64,000 nucleotides of DNA from Auanema rhodensis (Eukaryota; Animalia; Nematoda). The notes beneath the pieces are model-generated. The model did not search any database. It was not told the DNA's origin and worked only from the letters and a program-made list of their open reading frames with translations. Shown one piece after another: positions 27,303-38,239 of this stretch. How positions within the stretch are numbered: the stretch's first letter is position 1; each line of letters starts with the position of its first letter. The DNA lies in assembly GCA_964057225.1 (NCBI GenBank), contig OZ059898.1, positions 13,206,001-13,270,000 on the forward strand. The letters run 5' to 3'. The position numbers were made by a program, and so were the translations under genes.

Positions 27303-30300
27303 TAATAGATAAACCTACGAGATTGCGACTATTAGCAGAAGCAAGACCATTTTGATACATAGAAGCTGCATAAAACAACAAGAAGGAATCGGGTGACAAG
27401 TTTTGGCACGTCTCCTACTATGAACTAAGAAGCCACGCCTAGTGAGGATTAAAGAATACGTGAAAATGTGAAGTGAAATTAGAGAATAGAAAGAAAGAGA
27501 CAGTTAGAGAGAGAATCAAGAAGTGAGAGGCGACTAGTAAGGATGTGAAGGGATAGATGGGGTGGACGTTGACGACAACGACAGTATTTGCGTTCCAGCT
27601 CCTTCACAACTGCTCAATCAACACACACACAGACACACAAGTCGAGCCAAGTAACTTCCGTATTGTGGCTAAGAGCCAAGCCACAAAGGACATGTCGACG
27701 GGCAGTAAAACGACAGCATCACGGTCCAAACCTATTCCATTGTAATTACAAAACGGATCAAAACTTTAGCAAAGAGAAGGCCGACAATGCACGGAGATGA
27801 TGTAGGTAGGAGTGGTGTTAGAGGAGGAAAGAAGAGTTGATGCAGAGAGGAGGGGGGGGGGGTATGACTATATGGAATACGGTTAGCACAGGGCCAAATG
27901 AAAAATAGTAGCATAGTAATCTCATAATTCATAAAAATGCATCATGAGGGCAATTGGAATTTCCTATGTCTACATCTAAAAACTTTTTTTTTCAGAATTT
28001 TTCGGATGTGACCGATGCTGTAGGAATAGAATCATTCTCTTGATCTTTCCAAATACAATTTCATTAAGGGATATAAGTGATGGCTAAAAGTTCAAAGAAC
28101 ATAATGTATTCGAGATTAGAATCAGAGTAGAAGAGATTTATCATAGTCAAGAGACAGTAAGAATAGATAACAACATGACAGATGTAAGAGAGCCAGATAG
28201 ATGTTCTCTCATGTGTTGAGGATAGACGAGAGTATAAGGCAGAAGAAGAACTTCTGATAGATAATGAAACGAAGGCTACAGGATGGATCAGTTGAAAGGA
28301 TAGTTGAGAGGATAAGACCAAGACCAATTGAGCTAATTATTGATTTTAGATTTCTTTAATCATTAATTTCATTTGACCTTCTATTCCAATCATATATTAC
28401 CTCTCTAAGAAGTGCCAGATTGATTTAGTCTTTCATAGCATTTGTCTTGACAAATGAATGTTTTTCTTTTATCTTTGATCAATCCTCATACTCAAAACTC
28501 TCTCACCTCCCATCTTCGTTTCTCCCATACCGCAACCACACTACATCGATGTCGTGTACTTATAGATGTTGACCTGGTTCCTTAAGAAAATTCATTTTTT
28601 TGTACTTTTTGCCGTACAAATTGCAAGAGATTTCAGTAGATTTTAGATGTTTTAGTAGCTAGAAGAGGGGTAGAAGAACATTGTCGAGTTCTGCGCCTCG
28701 CGATGCAGGACTCCGTATCGAGGTCAATCGGCTGATGTCGTTTCGTGCCAGCCTCGGACTAAACAGCTACACCTCACTGTTTCAAACAGTATCCCATACT
28801 ATGGCGACCATAATGATGATGATGAGGAGAACCTCGCTGTAAGCTAAACACGAGGTAGATGTTTTGAGAGAGAAAGAAAGAGAGGGGGGGGGAGAAAGAG
28901 AAAGAGTGAGAGAATAAAAATCAAGTAGTTCAATGGTTTGCTCCAACAATCCGGTAATGCCCACACAAGGAAAGTCTACTAACTGTTGAAGAGAAAGAGG
29001 TCAAATTGAATGAAGCTTCTACTGCAAATCGGCTTGTTTTCTTTTTTCCTCTTCACAATCATTCCGTCTTTTGGCCATTTTTCCTTTTTTTTTCTTTCAG
29101 TTTTGAGTGAAATAAGTGAGGAGAGTAGAGAGTGTTAGAGAATAAAGAAAAGGATTGATTTTGTTTAAGGATGAGAAAAGAGGTTTTGTAGTCAACCTGA
29201 TTATAAACTTTCTGAATTGTCGTCATAGGCTGTCTCACGACCAAAACATCAATCATACAATGGCGAGGCATTTAAAGCAATCTAGACGAATTCACTTAAA
29301 ATTTTGGTCTTAATTGAAAAGAAAATTATCCAAAAGGTTATGATTAAGCCAAAGTTCAAAATCAGACTTTATAGCGATGTGATGTTCGTAGCTAATCTCC
29401 AAAAGGTGCTATACGATGATGATGACAAACAACGAAGTTGTTGGAAACGGAGGATGGGGAATCGAAGAGACAAGATCATAGATTCAGCGATTATGATATG
29501 ACATCATTCAGAAATGACCAGGATGAAAGGAGAAGGTATTCAATGACTGTCGATTTCTAGAATATGGAGCATACTCATTCGAAATACACAACATTGCTCA
29601 CCAGGCAAAACGAAATTTCTCAACTATAAGTTGATATTTACAAGTGAAATCTAGAGCCGTGTGACGTCAGATTCTCCGGAGCAGTGCAAAACTGTAGAAG
29701 GAATGGAGTTAACAGCAAATCTTCGATGAATAGTACTAATACAATATGAGCGAGTAAGAGAAAAGAGACCAAAGGGAATATGAAACAGAGAGAGAGAGAG
29801 AGAGAAAAAAAGAAAGAGAAAGAGAGAGAGAAGCCGGACCGTCCACTCTCTATCGTCCATCTATCCGTTTGCTCTGACAAGTACACACAAAGGTGAAAGG
29901 CAGAGAGGCAAACCGTGTATGCTGCTACGGACAACTCCGATCCAGCGACAACGATGATGATGACGACTCATTGTGTGCCGTCTGGCCTATCTGTTTAGGT
30001 TTCATCACCATCACCTCCGGCACTGCTCTCCATATTTGCCGTTCACGATAGATGGACAATACGACAACTACGTAGAGAGAGATCAGAGAAAAATCACTGT
30101 CTGTCTTTCTCTTCACCTTACTGTATATTTCATCTAAAGTTTGAACATACTCTATATTCATGTGCCAAACCAATAACACGTAACTGCCCGAGGGGGGGGG
30201 GAGGGGGAAGATGTAGATAATGGTCAGAGAAGAGGTCAACAACTCGTGGTTTGACAACAGTTTGCACAACTGACGAATGATGCAATTGAGCTCTGGGGGG

Positions 30301-31994
30301 GGAAACGACGTGAAGAGAAGGACCGATCTATACCATATTCAATACGGCTTTTGGAAAAAATAAGAGAAATCAGATTTTTAACATCGTCAACGGCACAAAT
30401 CAGAATTATTATTATAATCAAGTGTGGGGGGGGGGGGAGAATTCATAGTATAAACAGAAATAAGAGGATCGATCTTTTGAGTTTATTTCACAATTTGAAA
30501 ACATCTTACAACTAAAATCTTTTTCTTTTTTAAATTTCTCATATAACTTCTGCAACTTATACCTGTAAGGTGCTATGCTTAACATTAAGCTTTGAAGACT
30601 TCCCGGAAGTCAATTCGCACCGCTATCTGAAGGGCGACAGAACTCCGCTCCGAAGGTGTTTCCCTCAGTGTATCCGATTGCCGAGCAACTGTACGGAACA
30701 CAAACAGTCACGAAATAGCTGGACATAGGATGAGAGAAGTAGAAGTAAACCAGAGCAGCAATATAAGAGAGTGCGAGAGAACAGTGAAACTAATAAATGA
30801 AAGATGGACAGCCAGTATTCAACATTGTCGTACTTTTCGTTTTAAGTTCCCATTTTCAAGTGATCATTAGAGTTTTTTTTAGTAACAAGACACTCTTCTA
30901 TTACTGTTGTTACGATAAACCAAAAGATTATTTAACTCTTATGCTGACTCTTGATGCTAAAAGTAAAAAGAGACTGTAAGAGATTCATGTAGAAAGAGAC
31001 GAAGAAGAAAGGGATGCGACGAGAGAGAAAGATGATCCAAGCAGAGATATTGGGAAACCATATCACAAATGGTTGTCAATTGGTATATGTATATGGTATA
31101 AAGGTTGTAGATTTGTTATGTGATTCTGAACTCTAAATCTCACAATTTCAATGCCAAATATGTCGTCTTAAGACTTTTATTACCCTTCCTCCCCACCTTT
31201 ACCTCTCCTCTCCTCCTATTGTAGCATATTCATTGTTTCAATGTTTATCATTATATGGGATATATAGATGATACTATTCAAATTCAAGATCAATGTTCAT
31301 CAATGATTTTACACATCAGGGCAAGCACTCTTATACACGTATACACAAAGAATTTCATACCTTCATTGATAATGCTACTACAGCTAAAGTCTATGATAAT
31401 AAAGAAGCTGACCCGAAATATTGGCATTAGGGATTGATTGACAAGGACCATATGTAAGCTTGAGCAAACTTGGTAATGAGCGCAACTGTATTCCAAGTCA
31501 AAAGTAGTTACTCAGGCAAAATATTAACAAAACTAAACATACAAAGCAAAAAAAAAATTTTTTTTATCCATTTGTTTGAATGTTCCGATATTTAACAGTA
31601 GGGTTATATAAACAAAAACAAACATTTTACTAGTCAGAAATACAAAATGGAAAGACGAAAAGTAAAAAAAAAGCTGTCCTGGCGATCTACCCGTAAGGGA
31701 TCAAACTTCAAATTAGTTTCGACAAACAATATAACAACAAGAAAATCTAAATCAGCTCACTTTCTCTGTGTGACGATTCGTTTCTCTCCTATTTCTCGGG
31801 ATAACATCTATTGTTATGAACGAGACATATTACCATCAGCATACTTTTTCCTATTCTTATATGTCAAAATGCTTGGTTTAATGACAGAAAAAGTGAATTT
31901 GTGAGGTTTATTGGATCAAAAAAATAAAAACTTACTATGATCTTGATATATTCAGGACAATCTAATTTGAAGAAAAAAAAGGAAAGACAGTTTG

Positions 31995-32026
<32 letters not shown>

Positions 32027-32376
32027 GCCATAGCTGTCGTGGTTGTTCGTGGTTGTGCTACTGTTCATAGCCCATAGAATCCAATAGTTCAAGAAAAATA
32101 AAGAAAAGAGAGAAATATGGAGAGTGAAAGCTTTGTTATGTTTGGGACCTTTTGATCTCTGTCTTTTCCACTTTTTTTGCCTGTTTTTTATGAAGTTTGT
32201 TGTTGTTTAGTTGCTGTCATCGTAACGAAACTACGCAAACTTTCATTACGATATTCAGCTCAGAGACGATACTATGCGAAAACTTGGACAAATTGAATTT
32301 TAATTTGATAAATCTTGTTTATTTTTCTTTTTTATAATTAACTAATTATAATTAGGTAATTCGCATATTCGACGTC

Positions 32377-32443
32377 TTACGTCATTAGTCGTAAAGTTTT
32401 ACGTGAGAAGTAGTGTTAACGCAGATTGCGTGAGAAGCGGTTG
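32377..32443 (+). repeat. Dispersed bipartite ACGTG-box/CGGTTG element (degenerate)
   Basis: TTACGTCA...TTTTACGTGAGAAG...GCGTGAGAAGCGGTTG. Confidence 0.55.
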
Positions 32444-33588
32444 TTCTTATAACTGGATGTATATAGTTTGGCTTATTTGATTTGTTTTTTCTTTTTTGAA
32501 AAAAAGAAAAAGAAGTTTGAAAGAGTCTCAAACGATCAAATAGCTTCATTTCCTTTCACAGTTCAGAAATGTAACAAGAGAATCAAAAACTGTTGGGCAT
32601 CAACGTGGCCCCGACTGTGTTGTCATCAATGTCCGAAAAGTGTCTGAATCTCTCTGTTTATACTGTCATTTAGCTTTGTATTTTACTTTATGTTAAGAAT
32701 GGCAAATAGAGCACGGAAAAAAGCGAATAAAGAGCACGAAGTTCAAATAAGGCAGTTGAGACGACCTTTGGCTATCCAGCTGTCGTTCTTGTCGTGACCC
32801 GTGGAATAGCCGGAGGGAGGAGGGAGAAATGGTGTATGGAAGACAGTCTTGTGCACCTGATTCAGACGTGTGTTTTTTCGCTTTAGTGGAGTGAGATGAA
32901 TGAATCACGTGAAAAAAAAGTTTGAGATTTCAAAAAATCAATTAGAAACTGGAGTGTTTGTTTCTCTCACTTGTTTAATTCCCCCCCTTATGCCAGGATT
33001 ATTAGATATTTCTTTTCAGATTTAAAGTATATAAGCTATTTCTTTTTTTTTTCTCAAATTATCATTTGAGTTTGTGATTGACATGAGATGAAAATCGAAT
33101 GAGCTTCTTTAACGTCATCATGTTTGTTTTGCGCAATGCCAGTACCCTTCGGCAACAAGACGTGAAGCAAAATAAAAGGCGAAGTGAAAAGAATAGAAAT
33201 AGTAAAAGATATATAAAGTTAAAAGGAGATAGAGAGAGAAAGAAAGAAAGAGAGAGAGAGAGGGAGGAAGAGAATCATAACCTGTGCAAATGCATTAAGA
33301 CCTCACCTTGCACGCCTCACACAACAGGCCAAATAATGCGAATTGTCCACTGTGTCTTTCACCTTTTCATACCTTTTATAGTTTACAGAAGGGTATATGT
33401 ATAGTAATCTGTTTTATAGTTTAGATGAAGGTGGTATAATCAAAAATTTTGAATAATTCATTGTTACATTATCTTCTTTTGCTTGGACATAACTTGTTCA
33501 TAAATCAGTCAATTCAACGAATTGAGCAAGAAAGATCATACTAGATAATGATTAGAAAAAGTTTTTAATATTTGAAAAGTCATAAATA

Positions 33589-33667
33589 CAACCGTATCTT
33601 TGAAAAAAAATATAATTTAAAAATAAAAAAGGGTTCATGCTAATTTTCACGTGAACGTTCACGTGAA
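33589..33667 (-). repeat. Dispersed bipartite element containing a perfect 22-bp palindrome
   Basis: TTCACGTGAACGTTCACGTGAA at 33646-33667 is self-complementary; CAACCG lies at 33589-33594. Confidence 0.75.
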
Positions 33668-33749
33668 CATATCTTTGAAATACATATATGAATACATGGA
33701 TGTATTAAATGAGAGAATAATAAGTATTCTCTCTTATTTCTTACTATAA

Positions 33750-33752
<3 letters not shown>

Positions 33753-33837
<85 letters not shown>

Positions 33838-33838
33838 C
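33753..33838. repeat. (CT)n microsatellite
   Basis: About 40 near-perfect units. Confidence 0.95.
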
Positions 33839-34092
33839 TGCTTCAGAATCTATTTTACAAGCATCATTATCTAAACTGTAAAATTACTGCAAGAGATGAT
33901 GAAGCAGATAAGATATACATAGCATTAAATCAAAGGCAAAACAATTGAAATGGCAACGATTGACGACAATTCATTACCAGGCCGTGTCCTTTCTTCCTTT
34001 GCTGTGTACCGTAAATTCTATTCATAATCAGTATTCGATCGTGCCTGAGCCAAATGAATGAATATATGTACCTTACTCTCTACCTCTCTCTT

Positions 34093-34134
<42 letters not shown>

Positions 34135-35000
34135 CCCTGTGTAACTGGCCAACTGTATCTCTTTACCAATCATTGTCGACACACCTCCATCTCTCCCAAT
34201 TCCTTCTTGGTCTTTCTTGCTTATTCCTTGTATTTCCCTTTCTACAGTTTGCCATACTCTTCAACATCATGTCGAAGTTTGAGGTTTCAACTGCAAAAAG
34301 AAGAAGCAAAGAGAGAGCTGAGGACGTGAACGTCAATGAGTAGCAGAAAAAGCGAAAGAAGATATGTTTGAACTTCGAGTGGCGATGAACAGAATGCCGA
34401 CCGATTACCATAAATGGACTGTTTGCAGCTGAGCCTACTGGCCAACGGATTGTTTATTTGCTGAACCTCACCGGTGAGGAGAAGACGAGGAGCTTCCATT
34501 CTATGGAGAGAACTGTCGATTGTTATGATAATAAGAGAATAAAGAGAGAGAGACAAAGAGGGAAACAGCAAGAGAGTGAGAAACAGAAAGATAAAAGAAG
34601 AGAGAGAGAAAGAAAAGAGAGAAAAAAGAAAGAGAATGGATACCAATTTGAGTAAGAGTAGAAAAGAAAAAATAAAGAAAATAGTAATAATAGTAAAGAG
34701 AGAAGAGAATTATTGAATAATGGAATGAATGAGAGAAACACTATAACTATGTATAAAGATAAGAGAAAAAAGAAATATTCAAAATAAGAGATATAACTGA
34801 ATATAAGGAGAATTATAAGAAACAAAGTCTTCTACTGAATATGGCTGATCAGACAGTTGAAGCATTGAAAGGCAATTGTAAATATTACATTGACCAATAT
34901 GATGCCATATAAGAAATATATTTTAATAAGGGAATCTATATAGTTTTACATTCGAAAAATATTTTATTCAAAGTAATATTACTGAGAAACTCGATAAGCA

Positions 35001-35085
35001 TTTCACGTGAACTTCACGTAGTTGATATTAGAATATCATTTTGAGTTTATGAAGACGTTTAACCGGTTGTATATATGTTACATAT
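35001..35085 (+). repeat. Dispersed bipartite element; left arm of an ~85-bp inverted repeat
   Basis: TTTCACGTGAACTTCACGTA...TTAGAATATCATTTT...AAGACGTTTAACCGGTTGTATA aligns with the reverse complement of 36062-36147. Confidence 0.85.
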
Positions 35086-35503
35086 ATTTCAAATCATTAT
35101 TATAATTATATATATATATATAGTTTAATCATAGAAAGTTATAAAATCTTTATTCATACATTTTCGTCAGAACCTGAGAACATGGGCTTCAAATCTTCGC
35201 AGTTCAATTCAGCAAAAATACTTCCGACAATAGTAAAAGCCTGAAGCATATTCAGCAAAATGACGTAAAGGACAGATAAACCTGGATATTTTTTGTTATT
35301 GTTGCATAGTCTAGACTGTTTCATAGCTGTAGGTGCATGATTACATGCTGATTTTGTAGAAAAATGTGATGTTAAATGAACCGAAATACAATTCAAAACA
35401 TATCTTGTTTTTATATTTTTATTTGATACATGCTATATTCTAATAGAGTTTTTGTATAGTTAAGGAACAGCGTGAGATTCATCACCCTTGGTGTTAAATC
35501 AGC

Positions 35504-35511
35504 TATATAAG
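35504..35511 (+). promoter_or_regulatory. TATA box of the Cys-rich peptide gene
   Basis: TATATAAG lies ~100 bp upstream of the ATG; AATAAA follows the stop at ~36003. Confidence 0.7.
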
Positions 35512-35605
35512 GACTTCTATCATCTGAACAGATCATCATCAGCTGCCTCATCAGCAGCTTCATCTGCTATCTTCTCTTTTCAACCTGTAACTCAAACTTT
35601 TCAGA

Positions 35606-35961
35606 ATGAAACTCCTCATCGTTCTTGCTGTCTGCATAGCTGCTGCCTATGCTTCCTGTGTTAACTACTGTCAGGGAACTTTTGCTGGATCCAATTGTGA
35701 AGCTTCCATCCCCATCGTGTAGGTGCTTCTTCTTCCAATCTCCAACTTTGCTTTGATCTTTTCAGATGGAGAGATACAGAGTGTGCTCAGAGATGTCTTC
35801 AAAGATGTAACGATATGCAAATGTACAACTGTAACAGCAATTTCTACAAGTAAGGCTCTAAGCTCTAACTTGAAGTTTTAACTTGATCTCGTTTTAGGTG
35901 CTGTTTGACTGCCCACGAATTCAACGTCACTTTCGGATGCTGGAGGGCTGCTGGATGGTAA
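35606..35961 (+). CDS. Small secreted cysteine-rich peptide (86 aa, 3 exons, 10 Cys in the mature part)
   Basis: Spliced: MKLLIVLAVCIAAAYA-SCVNYCQGTFAGSNCEASIPIVWRDTECAQRCLQRCNDMQMYNCNSNFYKCCLTAHEFNVTFGCWRAAGW*. It has a signal peptide, two short GT-AG introns, a TATA box, TTTTCAG before the ATG and a polyA signal. It is absent from the ORF track. Confidence 0.9.
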
Positions 35962-36061
35962 ATAAGAAAAAAGAAACAATGATAATTGTGTTGTAACAAC
36001 TGAATAAAAATTTCAAATCAGTTAATTTACCTATAATTAGAATAATTAAGAAAATAGTTTG

Positions 36062-36147
36062 TATAGTTAACAGTATACAACCGCTTTCACGTCTTTTCAA
36101 AATTAAAATGATATTCTAAACATTTACGTACGTGAAGTTCAAGTAAC
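36062..36147 (-). repeat. Dispersed bipartite element; right arm of the inverted repeat
   Basis: Minus strand reads GTTACTTGAACTTCACGTACG...TTAGAATATCATTTT...AAGACGTGAAAGCGGTTGTATA. Confidence 0.85.
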
Positions 36148-36201
36148 TGTTAATCAAAACAAAATTCGAACAAAGGTGTTTATTTTCAAATAATCTAGGA
36201 A

Positions 36202-37227
36202 TTATTGCTTAATTTCAGAAATTTCCATAGGTTTTCCAGCTTCTTCAGCAACATTAACAGCATTATTCTCATTATTTTCAACAACCTAGAAAATCAAAAA
36301 ATTAGTTAATCAAATATTATTAAGATAGTTATATTACAAATTCTTCAAGATGAATACTGTCAGCTGATGGATGTGGGAATGGTACAGAATGCCACCAACC
36401 AGCAGGCAATTTAACACCAGAAGTAAATCTAAAATAATTATTTCAAATACAATGAATCTTCTATCCACTTCTATTACGGTAAAACAAAAATTCTATTGCT
36501 ATCTGGCTGACTATTGGCATTTGGAGCAGCAACAATCATGTAAACAGCTCCACCAGCTTTTGAGAAAATGGCAAAAGATCCTTCAGGTCGTGAAAGCAAA
36601 AGCTGAAAATAGTTTTAACGTATAGCAATATGCTGATATAAAATAAAAAAATAAACAAATAAGCAAAACATACATTAACACTAACAGATCCATTAGCTGA
36701 ATTGAAGACAACTCCCGGCTTGCCATTCTGACCCTTCAATGAGCCGGTTAAGCCTTAAGTGAGATTCATATCACAATCTATTGAAACATTTAATAATCCT
36801 TACCATTAAATTCAATTTCTTTTCCATTCTCAGTCTTAACCCAAGTCATTGTAAATTCCTGACTAATAGTTTTTCCAGCTTTAGATGAATCAGCCTAAAT
36901 CAAATTTAAATTTAAAATTAAATTAAATTAATTAAAATTACCAAAGTTATTTCATGTTGTGATAATGTAACAACTTCATTTGCATCAATATTTATAGATT
37001 TTGAATCAAATAACACAACATCTCCACTATTATCTTCAGTTATCTTTAAAAAAATTTAAATAAAAAACGTTTTAAAAAGAAAGATTCAAACATACTTTTA
37101 CATTTGAAACTTCTTTATAAGAAGCATATGATGGAATAACATTTTGAATAATCAATTTACTATTATCCAAACTCATTGTATTCAATGAATTAATTTGAAA
37201 TATGATCAAAGCTAAAAGAAATATCAT
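36202..37227 (-). CDS. Secreted cupin protein resembling ureidoglycolate lyase (AllA)-like family (7 exons)
   Basis: The spliced frame is open: MIFLLALIIFQINSLNT...EFTMTW...LLLSRPEGSFAIF...YMIVAAPNANSQPDSNRIFVLPFTSGVKLPAGWWHSVPFP...NVAEEAGKPMEISEIKQ*. GxKLPAGWWH is cupin motif 2. A TTTTCAG acceptor lies 7 nt before ATG 37227; an in-frame upstream ATG lies at 37260. Confidence 0.75.
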
Positions 37228-37572
37228 AATATAACTGAAAATATGGAAGTTTTCAGTCATTTTAAGGAATAAAATAGTTAAAATTGAATGATTACGTTAG
37301 ATCTACTACCACATACATACAACGATTTACGAACGTTTATATGAAAAATTGACCTTCATAGTTACAAATCGATGAATGATCCAACTTTTACATCGATATT
37401 CTCTTACTTTCTCTTTCTCTCTCCTTGTGCGATTGTCTTTTTTATAAAATTTTATGTAGTTCAATGTTTGTAGTTTGAAATAAAACTTTTATGAGTTAAA
37501 TATATTTATTTATTTATAAATTATTATTTTTAATAAATAAATTATTAAATTATAATCTGAAATTGACATAAT

Positions 37573-37772
37573 ATACGTCACAACAACTGTGAATATGTTG
37601 TTAGCTTATGCACTATTGGCATATCATATGGAGTTGGTATGGACGTTGGTTGCACGGTTTCAGAATCACGTCATAGCTGCAAATAATTTTCATGGAAATA
37701 ATTGGATGTGGTAGAAAAATAAATGAATGTGATGATAATGAATGTTTTTGTATAAAATCAAAAATCATTTAG
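37573..37772 (+). pseudogene. Possible decayed defensin-like (CS-alpha-beta) Cys-rich peptide
   Basis: IRHNNCEYVVSLCTIGISYGVGMDVGCTVSESRHSCK*F, then a 1-nt frameshift, then MEIIGCGRKINECDDNECFCIKSKII*. No intact start or signal peptide was found. Confidence 0.35.
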
Positions 37773-38239
37773 GATGTGCATGCAAGTTTACTTGATAAGT
37801 TGTATTTGAATTATTATTATTTGAACTTAAATAATGTAATTTTAACTATATAAATATTGATTGATAAACATCATTCAGAATTACTTATCATAGAAAAAGA
37901 AATATGTTTAAAAAAACCATAAAAAACTTCAATAAAGCAACGGTTGCATAATAGAAGCATATGGGTGACCCGATGAGGGGGTGTTAACGTATTCAGAAAT
38001 TGCCTTCATGAGCGAAATGAAGTCTTAAATAGGTATTCAAACAAAATGTTGATAAAAGGCCTTTCGATAAGAATATAAAGGTGTGGAGCAGATTTGATTG
38101 GTGTGCATCAGTTTTTTTCTCATTCACTCTCTCACTTCTTCATTATAGTCTTCAATCTTCTTCTAAATCTCTAATCATCTAATCAGCTTTAACATTAAAC
38201 TTTAAGTCATCAGTATACAAGATTGGGCATATTATCTAG

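Noticed and set aside
28777-28784. CTGTTTCA (piRNA Ruby motif core), also at ~35316, 39751 and 63783
   Set aside because: Only a few scattered copies, compatible with chance; one is a splice acceptor.
31688-31710. TACCCGTA, the miR-51/miR-100 family seed
   Set aside because: No pre-miRNA-length hairpin around it.
9065-35000. Many TGCCA/TGGCA words suggesting PEB-1 autoregulation
   Set aside because: A rough estimate gives about 14 chance matches to YDTGCCRW in this span, so enrichment cannot be claimed without counting.
36755-36757. Apparent in-frame stop in the cupin gene
   Set aside because: It arises only with a 26-nt intron; the 49-nt intron ending CTTAAG removes it.
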